This document shows positions 1 through 11,200 of a DNA stretch of 64,000 nt, piece after piece. The first letter of the stretch is position 1. Every line of letters starts with the position of its first letter. The translations under genes and the position numbers were made by a program. The DNA is from Kiritimatiellota bacterium (lineage in GTDB: Bacteria; Verrucomicrobiota; Kiritimatiellia; JAAZAB01). Location: the NCBI GenBank assembly GCA_026398415.1, contig JAPLSY010000084.1, forward strand, positions 94,709 to 158,708. The letters are read 5' to 3'. The notes under the pieces are model-generated. The model saw only the letters and a program-made list of their open reading frames with translations. It did not search any database and was not told the DNA's origin.

Positions 1-1
1 C

Positions 2-817
2 CGGAGCAATCCCGATCCCTATCTTTCCGCACTGCTACGCGGCGGGACGCTTGGGCGGGACCGGTTGCTCGGCGGCCCCCGTTACCATACCGTCAATGTT
101 GACACCTTCGCGCTGGTTAACGCCGCCGACGCCCTGACTGCCATCGAACAGGCGGTTTTTCGTAACCGAAGGTGGACGTTGTCGGAACTGCTCGCCGCCG
201 CCAAAAACAATTTTGCCGGCCAGGAAATCCTGCGCCGTGAATTGCTGTCATATCCCAAATACGGCAACGGCGACCCCGCTGCCGACGGTATGGCAAGAGA
301 ACTGGCCCAGTGTTTTGCCGCGATTATCCGCAGACACAGTGATCGCGACCTGATCTACATGCCTAGCTTTCACACTCTCCATGCCCATGTCCACGCAGGC
401 AGCAAGTGGGGGGCCAGCCTCGATGGCCGTCTCGCCGGGGAACCATTCGCCAAAAACGTCGGTCCGACGCAAGGTCGAAACAAAAACGGTATTACCGGCG
501 TCTTGAACTCTGCGGCGGCTATCGGACAGGAATTTTTTTACGGCGGCCAGGCGCTGGACCTGTATATCGAAGCCGGCTTACTTGATAATCCCTCCAGCAG
601 GTGCAAACTGCAGGACGCGTTACAAACCTATTTTAAGCTTGGCGGTTTGCAGGTACAAGTCAACGGCGTCAGCATTGAAGACCTGAAGAAGGCCATGGCC
701 GAACCTGAAAAATACGCCGATCTGACCGTGCGTATCGGCGGATACAGCGCACGTTTTGTTGACCTGGCACCGGATGATCAGCGCCAGATGATTAAACGTT
801 TTGAACATCACACCTAA
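2..817 (+). CDS. Glycyl radical enzyme, C-terminal fragment (PFL2/glycerol dehydratase/CutC-type); 5' end lies outside the window
   Basis: The ORF is open to the window start. The C-terminal motif 'TVRIGGYSARFVDL' matches the glycine-radical signature (V-R-[IV]-[AGS]-G-Y-S-A-x-F) followed by the characteristic short tail. Confidence 0.7.
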   Translation, partial: RSNPDPYLSALLRGGTLGRDRLLGGPRYHTVNVDTFALVNAADALTAIEQAVFRNRRWTLSELLAAAKNNFAGQEILRRELLSYPKYGNGDPAADGMARELAQCFAAIIRRHSDRDLIYMPSFHTLHAHVHAGSKWGASLDGRLAGEPFAKNVGPTQGRNKNGITGVLNSAAAIGQEFFYGGQALDLYIEAGLLDNPSSRCKLQDALQTYFKLGGLQVQVNGVSIEDLKKAMAEPEKYADLTVRIGGYSARFVDLAPDDQRQMIKRFEHHT

Positions 818-1128
818 AAATTAATGACTATATTTATGCTCCGATTTTTCCGGCCGCAAAGGCGCTAATCTATTGCACCGTCTTTAACATGCCAACCGCC
901 TTTTCTACAGAAGGAAAACAGAAAGGAATGCGCGCCGGGCGCATTACACGTCATGAAAAAAATATTTGCTTTCCGCTCAACGCCAACGTATATTGCTCCG
1001 TGTAGCTACACGATATTGGTTTTATCAACAATAGCATCACTAAGACTTCTGCAAAACGAATGTTCAGTGTGTGAGATTTACTAAACAGATGTCATTGTTC
1101 GAAAAACAATGCGAAAGTGAGGGGCACA

Positions 1129-2559
1129 ATGAAAACTCAATACTTGCAACGGATGTTGATTGGGTTGGGACTGGCGATGGCCCTGATAGCGCCATGGGCA
1201 TCGGCGACGAATTATTACGTGGTGGCGTCGAGTCAGCAGCCGTCGCCGACCCCGCCCTGGACCAACTGGGGATGGGCCCACACCAATCTGGTCGAAGTCG
1301 TTGCCGCCGCCCGCGACAACGACATTGTGTATGTGACCAACAACGCCAAATATTACCTCACGAATCAAATAACCGTCAGCTACGCCATCACGGTGCGGAG
1401 TTGGGGACCGGGCGGGATCTACGACCCGATCAACACGATCCTGGATGGCAACTATCCCACTACGACCAACCGTCATTTTACGCTTAATAATTACGGGGCC
1501 ACCGTAGCGGGCTTTACGCTCACAAACGGGTGGGGTTCAGAAAAAACCAACATCTTGGGCAATGCCGGGGCCAACGGCGGGTCCATTTTTCTATATTATG
1601 GAATGGTGACGAACTGCATTATCATGCGCAACTATGCGTTAAACACGAATGCTAGCTCTGATAGTGGTGGGGGCGGAATATTTTTTGGGAATGACAGTGC
1701 CAAAAGCGGGAGTGTGTGGAATTGCACGATTAGCGCTAATTCGTCAAGACAATATGGTGGCGGAATTAACATGAAAGTTGGAAAGTGGCGGATTGTAAAT
1801 TGCACAATCTCCGGCAATTCCACGGGCATTGAAGGAGGGGGCCTCTACGCATCCCCAAATCAGCCGTCCGTGGTTATCAGCAATTGCTGCGTTGTATCCA
1901 ATTTATCCGGATGCAGCGCCGGCGGAATTAAAATGAATAATTACACGGAATGCTATAATAGCGTTATCATGGGCAATACGGCCAATAATGATTGTGGTGG
2001 CGGTATTCGTATGGGTGGAGCTTGCGTGCTCAGAAACTGTTTGATTGCTGATAATCTTCATACGGTTGGCGGTGGCGGCGGCGGAATCGATGCTGCCGGT
2101 AGTGGCAGTTTAATTCAAAACTGCACGATTGTCAGTAATCGTACTGTTCAAAGTGGAGGTGGAATCACACTTGGGATTTGGTACGCGGCGAGTTTGACAA
2201 TCGAAAACACCATAATATGGGGCAATCGCGAAGGCGCAGACGGAAGCGGAGCTTCTTCTAACTTGTACATTGGACAAGGCCCGAACACATTCACCAACTG
2301 CTGCACCTCGCCGAGAATTGTCAGCGCTTATGCCACCGAGGTCAATACCATCACCAACGATCCGCGGTTTGTGAGTGTCACTGCTGCTGATTTCCGCCTG
2401 CAATCGGATTCGCCCTGCATCAATGCCGGGGTGAACCGGGACTGGATGGAGGGCGGGTGGGATGCTTACGGTAATCGGCGCATTGATAATTTCCGCAGAA
2501 CCGTTGATATCGGCGCCTACGAATACCTTAGTAAAGGCACAGTGTTCGGCTTCCAATAA
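1129..2559 (+). CDS. Secreted right-handed parallel beta-helix repeat protein (pectate-lyase-like fold)
   Basis: N-terminal signal peptide (MKTQYLQRMLIGLGLAMALIAPWASA). Repeated 'NCTI(S/V)xN' and G-rich turns are typical of PbH1 repeats, with a C-terminal 'DPRFV...DFRLQSDSPCINAG' motif. An SD (GTGAGGGG) precedes the Met at 1129. Confidence 0.6.
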   Translation: MKTQYLQRMLIGLGLAMALIAPWASATNYYVVASSQQPSPTPPWTNWGWAHTNLVEVVAAARDNDIVYVTNNAKYYLTNQITVSYAITVRSWGPGGIYDPINTILDGNYPTTTNRHFTLNNYGATVAGFTLTNGWGSEKTNILGNAGANGGSIFLYYGMVTNCIIMRNYALNTNASSDSGGGGIFFGNDSAKSGSVWNCTISANSSRQYGGGINMKVGKWRIVNCTISGNSTGIEGGGLYASPNQPSVVISNCCVVSNLSGCSAGGIKMNNYTECYNSVIMGNTANNDCGGGIRMGGACVLRNCLIADNLHTVGGGGGGIDAAGSGSLIQNCTIVSNRTVQSGGGITLGIWYAASLTIENTIIWGNREGADGSGASSNLYIGQGPNTFTNCCTSPRIVSAYATEVNTITNDPRFVSVTAADFRLQSDSPCINAGVNRDWMEGGWDAYGNRRIDNFRRTVDIGAYEYLSKGTVFGFQ

Positions 2560-2681
2560 GGTTAGACGCCATGCACATTATTGGCGGATGGAATAAAGAT
2601 ATTCATTTTGCATCGCGTCAGTTTGGCGCATCCGTAAACAACAATAATCTGCCTTAGGCCGGCTAAATTAGGAAGTTATAC

Positions 2682-5600
2682 ATGGCTACGCGACAGAATT
2701 CACCAGCAAAGATCAGAGTCATGCACTTCACATTCTGCCTTGCGGCCCTCTTGTGCCTCCAACTGTTGTCTTCCTGTACCGTTGATAAACATGCCACGGC
2801 CGGCCCTGGTTTTCCTCAGCCGGGCTCTGCAATTTTATCGATTTCTTTCGATCCGGCGCCTCGCGGCATTGCGGTTCAAACCGCTCCCGGCAAAACCGGC
2901 CTGGCCGCGGTGATTACGGACAAACCCCTGCTCTTTGCCTTGCCCGCGGAGTTCAATCCGGAAGCCAGCGCCATCGAGATGTGGATCCGGCCGGACTTCG
3001 CCAGTGCGGACAACGCCTACCACCGTTTTTTTGACATTCGCGGCGATGGGAAGACAAGCATCTCCATGTACAAGAGCGGCGCGGGTGGCGGCAACGGGCT
3101 GTTCATGGTCCTCTGCGACCGGAACGGTGTCAGGTTCGAGGCCGGGGCGAACGAAGGCCGGGACTATTCCTGGAAGCCGGGCGAGTGGCACCACCTGGCC
3201 GGAAGCTGGGATAGCGCCGGCGGTTTCGTGTCCTTGTTCTTTGACGGGCGCGAAGTGGCCCCGCGGCGCGGGACGCCGTTCAGCCTGGGCACCATGCAGC
3301 CCATCATGTCCGTCGGGGCGAACCTGTGGAACGGCGAGGTCTGCCCGGGACTCATCGACGAGATCCGGCTCTACCGCGAACCGGCCACTTTGGGAACGTT
3401 GGTGCGCACCGGCACCGCGGCGGCCGACCAAAGCCCCTGGAAACTGATTGACGGCGACACGGGCCAATCCGACGCGTGGTCCGGAACCGGTAGCTCTAAT
3501 TTTGTCGAGGTCGTCCTCCCACGCCCTGTGCAACTGGCGATGGTGCGGGTTTACCCAGGTGCTCTCGCCTACTGGGAGATGCCCAGCACAGAGTGCTCAC
3601 CGCGCCAGATCGAAGTTCAGGGATGGATTGGCAACCGGTGGCAGACCCTCGGCGCGGCCGTGCCCGTGCCGCGGTACGACGGCAAGCCGGGTCCCTTCTA
3701 CGTCGTGGCACAGTTCAAACCCCGGCAGGTCAGCCGGTTCCGGGTTGTAATGCCTTCGACCTATGACGAGGGGCGGCGTGTCGGGCGTGCGGACAGCGCA
3801 CCGCTGCCGACGGCAGAGCGCGAACTGGTTGTCCGCGAAATTGAGTGGCTGACCGCGGAGCAACTGGCGGACAACAATAGGCAGCTTCGCCAGTTGCAAT
3901 CACGGTTGCAGGACGAACTGGCAATGTGGACCAAAAGGTTTGCGGTGCAGACCCCGTCGCCGCTTGACCGGGCTGTCCGGGACCTGTATGGCGCCCAACT
4001 CGCGCAGTTCACCGAGCGGCTGGCAAAACTGCCGGCGGGCGGTGCGCAGGAACTCAGCGAGTTCGAGACGGAATGGAACCAGGTTGGGCAGTGGCTGACT
4101 CCCTGGCATGCGTGCGCAGTCCGCAACGGCAGCCAGACGGTCATCCCGGGGATGAACGATAAATCGGTTGGAGAACTGCTGCTTTCCGTGGACCCTGGCG
4201 CCACGCCGCACCAGTCGTATCCGGCCAAGGTGCATCTTGACCTGCGCCTTGCCGAGAGCGTCTTCGGACACCCGGTCAACCCTTACGAAATGCAGGTCGT
4301 GGAGGTGGACGCAAAGGGGATTCTTTTGCCTCAGCAGTCCGGCGCTGACGGAGTACGCCGATTCCTTTGCAATTCCCGGTTCGACCGCCTCGATCCGAAA
4401 CGTGGTGTCCTGGCCTGGACAATGCGGGACCGCAGTGCCCGGCAGTTTGTCGTGCGCTTCCTGCCGCCGCCGGAACGCCCGCCCGAGAAAGGCATGTGCA
4501 CGCTCGGCGACGGCGACCACTTCTACTTCGATAATGTGGCCAACGATTCCCTGCCGGCGGATCTCTATACCTGTACGTTCCTCGACTGGAATGGCGACGG
4601 CAGGCAGGATGCGGTTGCCGGCCGCTGGACCGACTATTGCCACGTGTGCTTGAACATAGGGACAACCAACAAACCGCAGTTCTCGGAACGCGAGCATTGG
4701 CTCGTGCGCGATACCACCGGCCTGCCGATCGCCGCCGCAACAGACCGTCACGGCACTGCTTTTTCCATGGCCAGCCCAATCGACTTCGATGGTGACGGCC
4801 GCGTGGACATTTTCCTGCGCGGGTACTTACGTGAGGGATACATGTTCTATCGCAACCTCGGCCCGGTGACGTTTCCGGTCATGGCGCCGAGTCGCATTCC
4901 GCGCGGCCTGCCCAAGGGCAAGGGTATGGCCGCCTTCGGTGACGTGAACGGCGATGGGATTGCCGATGCCATCGTGGTGGTGTCCGGCAAGGATTCCGAG
5001 CGGCTGAGCCTGCACGAAGGCACGGGGTTGGATCCGGACGGAACTCCGGTCTTCAAACCGGGCCGGGTGCTCGATGCCGCCATTGTCCGGAATCCTGACG
5101 TTGAGCGTGAAGGCAGGATGACGACTCTGGCGCTTGCCGACCTTGACGCGGACGGCGACCTGGACCTGACCGTCTGCGTGCCGCCACACGTCTGGCTGTA
5201 TGAGAACACCGGCGACAAGACGCATTTCATTCTGGCGCCGGGCCGTCAGCTCAAGATTGGCGACGAGCCACTGGACGTCGGGTTCTACTTTCCATCCATA
5301 TCCTGGTCAGACTATGACGGCGATGGCGACTTGGACATGGTACTCGCGCCCGGGTGCAGAGTCTATCTCAACGAAGGCGACCGGCATCATCTCAAACTCG
5401 GCCGGTCCTTGTGCCCGTCATTGGCCCAGCAACAGGTGATGCCGCGCAGCAACCTGCGTGCGCAGGCTATGGTTGACTGGGATGGCGATGGCGACTTGGA
5501 CCACCTCTTGCCCGCCGCCTACTGTCCCGATCTCGAAGTGGCGGTCTGGCAGGACGGGCTCTTCCGCGAGACCAAAACCATTCCCGTGGACCCGAACCGG

Positions 5601-7061
5601 TTGGACTGGTACGGCTGCCCTGACCCCATCGAGTACAGAGCCCTCTATGCCGGCGTCGTGCCGGTTGACTGGGACGGCGATGGCGACCTCGATCTGATTA
5701 TGAACTCCGAGCATGGCTGGCGGTTCGGATACCTGCACTATTACGAGAACCTGGGCGGGAATCGGTTTGCGCCGGAAGTGGAATTGCGGCCGGGTGGCGG
5801 GACGTGCGACCACGTACAGTTTGTCCCGGGCAAGACCGACCAGGGTGCCCTGATCAACGACAAAACGTTTTTGGATTACCTCTCGTACCGCACCGCGGGC
5901 GCATTTGCACCGGCCGGCGGCAAGATCCAGTTCTGGTTCAAGCCGGAGTGGCCGGCGGCTGGCGAGAACCGGGAGCACTATTTCTTCCATACCGCGCCCA
6001 CTCCGGGAGCAAGCGGGGTTGCGGACGATGCCCTGATGCGCTATTACCAGGGAAACCTGTCCGATCTCAAGGTCCCGGCTCCATTTGCATTGTTCGTGAC
6101 TGCCCAGGGCCAACTTTGCTTCCAGGCCGAAGAGCGCCGCCTTGAGGCGCCAACGCGGGCATGGGACAACCGCGCGTGGTACCGAATCGAAGCGGCGTGG
6201 GGAACAAACGGGATGACGCTCGCCGTTGACGGCAAGACACTCGCATCCAGTCCGGAGCCTGTCCGGAACGTGCCGGTCGGCACGCGTATGCACATCGGCA
6301 GCCGTGCCTGGATGGGAGTACAGCGGGAACGCGAATACCCCAGCCGGTGGGCAGACCATCCGACTGGTTTTTCGTCGCCCGCAGGGGGCGTGCTGGACGA
6401 ATTCGAGATCCAGGATGCCGCGGGAAAAGCGCTGTTCACCCTTGCCTTTGACGGGAATGCGAACAGCGTGCAGGGTGTCTCCGGCAACCGGCTCAAGGTC
6501 GGCTACCGCTGCACGCCGGGTATTGCGGACATGAACGGGGACGGACTGCTCGATATGGTCATGCTGATCGCCGACGGCGGAAGGGGAAATGGTGGCGAGC
6601 CCGAATACGAAACGTGGAGAGAGGGCTGCCTCGTTCTTTTCCCGAATGTCGGCACGAAGACACGGCCACAACTGGGCCAAAGCGTCACGCTCATGCACAA
6701 GGACGGCAGTGCATTCCGGTGCCAAGCACGAACCATGGTCACACTGGTCGACTGGGACGAGGACGGGCTTATCGACATCATCACGTCGTCAAATAATAGT
6801 GGGTTTAGATATAATTCAACCGTGGACTTTTTCCGGAACGTGGGCACGCGTACCAATCCGGTCTTCGCGGCGCGCCAGCCGATGAACAAGCTGAACGATA
6901 TGCTGGACGCGTCCCACGACGTCAAGCTCAATGCCGTGGACCTGAACGGCGACGGGCATCTCGACCTGGTCACCTCCACCGATCCTGGCAAATGCGTGTT
7001 CTACCGGTCGTTCCTGGAAGAAGCGCCGGTCAAGGTGGCAATTGCGGAAATCCGGGAGTGA
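2682..7061 (+). CDS. Giant lipoprotein (1459 aa) with LamG-like, discoidin (F5/8 type C)-like and FG-GAP/VCBS beta-propeller repeats
   Basis: Signal peptide and lipobox (LLSSC). An N-terminal concanavalin/LamG-like segment is followed by a discoidin-like segment (KLIDGDTGQSDAWSG...). There are many 'DWDGDGDLD', 'DFDGDGRVD' and 'DLDADGDLD' Ca-binding FG-GAP motifs and a second LamG-like block. It is paralogous to 8291..12073. Confidence 0.6.
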   Translation: MATRQNSPAKIRVMHFTFCLAALLCLQLLSSCTVDKHATAGPGFPQPGSAILSISFDPAPRGIAVQTAPGKTGLAAVITDKPLLFALPAEFNPEASAIEMWIRPDFASADNAYHRFFDIRGDGKTSISMYKSGAGGGNGLFMVLCDRNGVRFEAGANEGRDYSWKPGEWHHLAGSWDSAGGFVSLFFDGREVAPRRGTPFSLGTMQPIMSVGANLWNGEVCPGLIDEIRLYREPATLGTLVRTGTAAADQSPWKLIDGDTGQSDAWSGTGSSNFVEVVLPRPVQLAMVRVYPGALAYWEMPSTECSPRQIEVQGWIGNRWQTLGAAVPVPRYDGKPGPFYVVAQFKPRQVSRFRVVMPSTYDEGRRVGRADSAPLPTAERELVVREIEWLTAEQLADNNRQLRQLQSRLQDELAMWTKRFAVQTPSPLDRAVRDLYGAQLAQFTERLAKLPAGGAQELSEFETEWNQVGQWLTPWHACAVRNGSQTVIPGMNDKSVGELLLSVDPGATPHQSYPAKVHLDLRLAESVFGHPVNPYEMQVVEVDAKGILLPQQSGADGVRRFLCNSRFDRLDPKRGVLAWTMRDRSARQFVVRFLPPPERPPEKGMCTLGDGDHFYFDNVANDSLPADLYTCTFLDWNGDGRQDAVAGRWTDYCHVCLNIGTTNKPQFSEREHWLVRDTTGLPIAAATDRHGTAFSMASPIDFDGDGRVDIFLRGYLREGYMFYRNLGPVTFPVMAPSRIPRGLPKGKGMAAFGDVNGDGIADAIVVVSGKDSERLSLHEGTGLDPDGTPVFKPGRVLDAAIVRNPDVEREGRMTTLALADLDADGDLDLTVCVPPHVWLYENTGDKTHFILAPGRQLKIGDEPLDVGFYFPSISWSDYDGDGDLDMVLAPGCRVYLNEGDRHHLKLGRSLCPSLAQQQVMPRSNLRAQAMVDWDGDGDLDHLLPAAYCPDLEVAVWQDGLFRETKTIPVDPNRLDWYGCPDPIEYRALYAGVVPVDWDGDGDLDLIMNSEHGWRFGYLHYYENLGGNRFAPEVELRPGGGTCDHVQFVPGKTDQGALINDKTFLDYLSYRTAGAFAPAGGKIQFWFKPEWPAAGENREHYFFHTAPTPGASGVADDALMRYYQGNLSDLKVPAPFALFVTAQGQLCFQAEERRLEAPTRAWDNRAWYRIEAAWGTNGMTLAVDGKTLASSPEPVRNVPVGTRMHIGSRAWMGVQREREYPSRWADHPTGFSSPAGGVLDEFEIQDAAGKALFTLAFDGNANSVQGVSGNRLKVGYRCTPGIADMNGDGLLDMVMLIADGGRGNGGEPEYETWREGCLVLFPNVGTKTRPQLGQSVTLMHKDGSAFRCQARTMVTLVDWDEDGLIDIITSSNNSGFRYNSTVDFFRNVGTRTNPVFAARQPMNKLNDMLDASHDVKLNAVDLNGDGHLDLVTSTDPGKCVFYRSFLEEAPVKVAIAEIRE

Positions 7062-7150
7062 TACGTACACATAGGAGCCGATGGCAAAAAAGGGCGACTT
7101 TAAGGCGTTCCTCACGGACGGATTGACGTTGCCAGGATCGAATATCAGCA

Positions 7151-8143
7151 ATGATCTCATCTCTCCAGTTGGCCAAGTTGTGCGGGGTATCGCAGGGCAC
7201 GGTGGACCGGGCCCTGCATACCCGTCTGGGGATCAATACGGCCACACAGGAAAAAATACTTAAAATAGCAAAGCACCATGGATATAAACCCAATCCCGCC
7301 GCACGGGAATTACTGGGCGGCAAGCGCACGCTGGTGGGCGCGCTGGCGCCGGCAAAGGGCAGTGTATTTTTCATGGACCTGATGAACGCGATTCGGCAGG
7401 TTCTAATCCGCGAGCGGTTCCGGTTTTATCTTTATTCATTCTCTGATGAGACCGATTTTTTCGAGGCCATGGACGATTTCGCCGCGCGGCGCTGTGCGGC
7501 CCTGGTGACCGTCCCACCGCGGGAAGGGCTCAAGCTGGCCACACGTCATACCACGAACCAGCCAATCATAACACTGCTTAGTCCCTGCCATGGTGCTTCG
7601 GTTTATTTTGTGGCACCCGACGAGGTGAACACTGGCCGGCAGGCCGTGGAATACCTGTGGCGCAAGGGGCATCGCCGCATCCTGCATTTAACCTATCATC
7701 GGGAAGCCACCGGAATCCATGATCGCGCCGAAGGCTACCGTCAGGCCATGCGCCGGCGGAACGCCGCCCCGGATGTTCGGAAAGTGGCGGATAACCTTGC
7801 CATCATGCGTGCCATCCGCGCTTATCGGCCGAGCGCCGTTTTTTGTCACAACGATTGGCTGGCCTTGAAAACGATCCGCGCTTTGAACCAGGCGGGCTTG
7901 CGGGTTCCGGAAGATATCTCCGTGCTCGGGGTGGACAACAGCCCCACGTTTGCCGATCTGTGTCCGGATATCAGCACTCTGCAATATCCCATGACCGCCG
8001 TGGCCGAACGCTGTCTGGCCATCATCCAGGGCGGCTTCGCCCAAAGCGGCTTCGCCGCCAGACCGGTCGGCCGCTTTGAGATCGTGGAACGCCAGACCGT
8101 TGGAAGGGTGCACCCGAGAGGAGTTGAACCTCCACGGCCGTGA
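7151..8143 (+). CDS. LacI family transcriptional regulator
   Basis: N-terminal HTH 'LAKLCGVSQGTVDRALH' followed by a periplasmic-binding-protein-like sugar-binding core. Length is about 330 aa. Confidence 0.75.
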   Translation: MISSLQLAKLCGVSQGTVDRALHTRLGINTATQEKILKIAKHHGYKPNPAARELLGGKRTLVGALAPAKGSVFFMDLMNAIRQVLIRERFRFYLYSFSDETDFFEAMDDFAARRCAALVTVPPREGLKLATRHTTNQPIITLLSPCHGASVYFVAPDEVNTGRQAVEYLWRKGHRRILHLTYHREATGIHDRAEGYRQAMRRRNAAPDVRKVADNLAIMRAIRAYRPSAVFCHNDWLALKTIRALNQAGLRVPEDISVLGVDNSPTFADLCPDISTLQYPMTAVAERCLAIIQGGFAQSGFAARPVGRFEIVERQTVGRVHPRGVEPPRP

Positions 8144-8192
8144 GGCCACTAGAACCTGAATCTAGCGTGTATGCCAATTTCACCACGGGTGC
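8109..8192 (-). tRNA. tRNA-Leu (anticodon CAG)
   Basis: Manual fold of the reverse complement: acceptor GCACCCG/CGGGTGC with discriminator A; anticodon stem CTAGA/TCTAG with loop TTCAGGT, giving anticodon CAG. There is a long variable arm (GGCC..GGCC), typical of Leu. The T-arm is GGAGG-TTCAACT-CCTCT. Length is 84 nt without CCA. Confidence 0.8.
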
Positions 8193-8290
8193 GTAAAACG
8201 CGAATACCATACCATGCATTGAACCCGTGTCAATAGTCCGATCAGGTACTCACTCCCCACCCTTCGCGCCTCTGCATACCATGAACGGTC

Positions 8291-11200
8291 TTAGAGACCC
8301 GGCTCGACGGCAACGACCCGCACACGCACGGGTTCCTCCTCCAGGAACGAGCGGTAGAAGACGCTCGTGCCCGGGTCGGTGGAGGTGACCAGAACTTCCT
8401 CGCCGTTGCCGTTCAGGTCCACGGCCTCCAGCTTGACATCGTGATGGGCGTTCAGCAGGCTGTTGAGCCGGTCCATGGGCTGGCGCGGACCGAAGACCGG
8501 CGCGGTCTTCGTTCCGGTATTCATGAAAAGGTCCACGGCTCGATTAAACTCCGCCATCTCGTAATTTTCCGTGGAGAAGATCAGGTCAATGCGTCCATCC
8601 CGGTCCCAATCCACCGGCGTGATCTTGGTGCGGATGTGACAACGGAAAGGCGTCCCGTCGGTATGCTTCAGGGGGATGCCTTCGCCCCAGCGGGGTTTGG
8701 CGGCCGTCCCGACGTTCGGGAACAGAACCAGCACGCCGTCTCCCCAATTGCGGTGCTCCGGTTTAGTCCCGCGGTTGCGGCGGCCATCGCTGATCATGGC
8801 CACCATGTCAATCAACCCGTCCCCGTTGAAATCGGCAAAGCCGGGAGTGCACCGGTACCCCAACTTGGTACGGTTCCCGGATTGGCCCTGAGCGGAGTCG
8901 GCATTCCCGTTGAAGGCGAGCGTGAACAGCGCCTGCCCCTTCGCGTCACGGATTTCGAAATCGTCCAGCACACCGTCGGCGGGCGACGAAAAATCGGTCG
9001 GATGCAATATCCAGCGGCCCGGGTGTTCGCGCTCGCGCTGAACCCCCATCCACGCGCGGCTGCCCACCCACATGCGGCGGCCAACCGGCACGGCAGTTAC
9101 CGGCTCAGTAGACTCAGCCAAGCGCCGGCCATCCACCTCTACCAAACAACCTTCCTTACCCCAGCGCGTCTCCACGCGATGCCAGGAACCAGTTTTCCAA
9201 TCCAGCACGGGGGTTTCGGCACCCGTCTTGCCCATCTGCAAGCACAGGGTCCCGGCCTTTGTCTTGAACAGCGCGAAGGGTTTGGGCAGAACAAGATCGG
9301 ACTTGATGTCCGTATAGTAATGTTCCAAATCCCGGGCGCTGATGCCTGCCGCCGCGGGCGTGGGCGCGGTATAGAAGAAATAGTGCTCCTTGCCGTCGGC
9401 CGCATCCCAGTCGGGCTGGAACCAGAACGACAAGCTGCCCCCCGCGGGGTCCAGGCTGTCCTTGGTGTGGTAGGACAGGAAATCCAGGAAGGTCTGGGCG
9501 TCCACATGGGCGCCCTTGCCGTTCTTGCCCTCGACAAAACGCACGTAATCGCAGGTGGCCATGGGCCGCCATTCCACTTCCGGGGCAAACCCGTTCGTTC
9601 CCAGGTTCTCGTAATAGTGGATATAGCCGAACCGCCAGGAATGTTCCGAGGTCGCCGCCAAGTCCAGATCGCCGTCATTGTCGAAGTCCACCAGTTGGAC
9701 ATTCCCATACATCGCATAGTATTCGGGCGGATCGGGGCACCCGTACCAATCTTTCTTCTCGGGATCCACGTTGACGACGAAACTACGGCGGAAGAAGCCG
9801 TCCTGCCACTCATTCACCTCCAGGTCCGGGCAGGAAAATGCCATGAGCACGTGATCGAAGTCGCCGTCCTTGTCGAAGTCCACCATGTCAAAAGCCCGTA
9901 GTCCAGCCCGCTCCACGCGCCGCTGCTGTTTGAGCACCGGGCTGACCAACTGCCCCAGGCGCAGGGTCTTGGCATCTCCCTCGTTGAGGTACACCTGTAC
10001 CCCGGTGGATTTGACCAGATCCAGGTCGCCGTCCCGGTCGTAGTCCGACCAGGTAATCGAGACGTAGAAATAACCCACGTCCAGCGGAACGCCCTTGCGC
10101 TCGACCCGCCGTCCCTCGGCAAACTTGGGCGCCTTCGGCGTGCCAATGTTCTCATAAAACCACACGTAGGGGGGAACCACGAGGAACACGTCCAGGTCGC
10201 CGTCCGCGTCGATGTCGGCGAGGGCCGGTGCGGGCTGGCAACTCGTCCGATCAGACGAGTCGGCGAGTGGCGAGGAAATCCCCAACGGCCGGGCATCCGC
10301 GAACCGGGGTGCCCCGTCCTTGCCCAGGCCGCGGCCGGGGTTAAGCCGGAGAGAACAGACATTGCTCGAGATGGAAGTGACCACGGCATCGGCCTGCCCG
10401 TCGCCGTCCAAGTCCCCGAAGGCCATCTTGCCGCACGCCAGGTTGACCGGCACGGTCGGGGCAGCCACTACGGGAAAATCGTTGGGACCCAGATTACGAT
10501 AGAACAAAGGTCTGACGCCATGATAGCCGCCCATGAAAAGATCCACCCGTCCGTCACCATCGAAGTCCACCGGCTGCACGACCGAGAAGGCCTGACTATG
10601 ATGGTCGGCCAAGGCCGCGATGGGGGCGCCGGTAACGTCGCGCACCAACCAGTGTTCGCGTTCGCTGAAGACCGGCTTATCCTTCGTGCCGATGTTTTTC
10701 CAGAAGTGGCAATAGTCGGTCCAGCATCCCGTGATGACATCCTGCCGGCCATCCCCATCCCAGTCCAGAAACGCCGCCGACCAGATATTCCCGGACAAGG
10801 TACCATCCTGGGCCGTATCAAAGTAGAAGCCATCCCCATCGCCCACCGTCATCATACCCTTTTCCGGCGGAGCATCGGGGCGCGGGCCGAACTCCACCAC
10901 ATAACGCGTGTACGACTGGTCCGGCATTGTCCAAATGAGGAATCCCCGGAGCGGGGAGATGCGCTCGAATCGGCTGGCGCATAGATTGCGCTCAGTACCC
11001 TTGCGATTGGGATGGATGTCGGCCAGGTGTTTGCCATCCGGTGCGAGGGCATAGACCTGCATGACATAGGGGTCCACGGGCCGGCCCCAGAGGGCCTCCA
11101 GTACGCGCAGATCCAGTGCGCACGATGCGGGGTAGGACTTGTGCGGGGTCTTGCCCGGGTCCACGCTGAGTTCCAGCCGGCCGACCGGCGAGCCAATGGC

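Noticed and set aside
1071-1487. 138-aa + ORF and 131-aa minus ORF overlapping the start of the beta-helix gene
   Set aside because: Out of frame with a signal-peptide-bearing long ORF. Composition is artefactual.
2835-6725. Multiple 100-435-aa minus-strand ORFs (2835..3533, 3900..4751, 5418..6725) inside the + strand giant gene
   Set aside because: High-GC antisense artefacts with no signal peptides or motifs. The sense ORF has coherent domains and a paralog.
8441-9901. 486-aa + strand ORF inside the minus-strand giant gene (also 8676..8891, 9072..9317, 10520..10984 and others)
   Set aside because: Antisense to a much longer, domain-rich ORF. R/H/Q/P-rich composition is typical of high-GC antisense frames.
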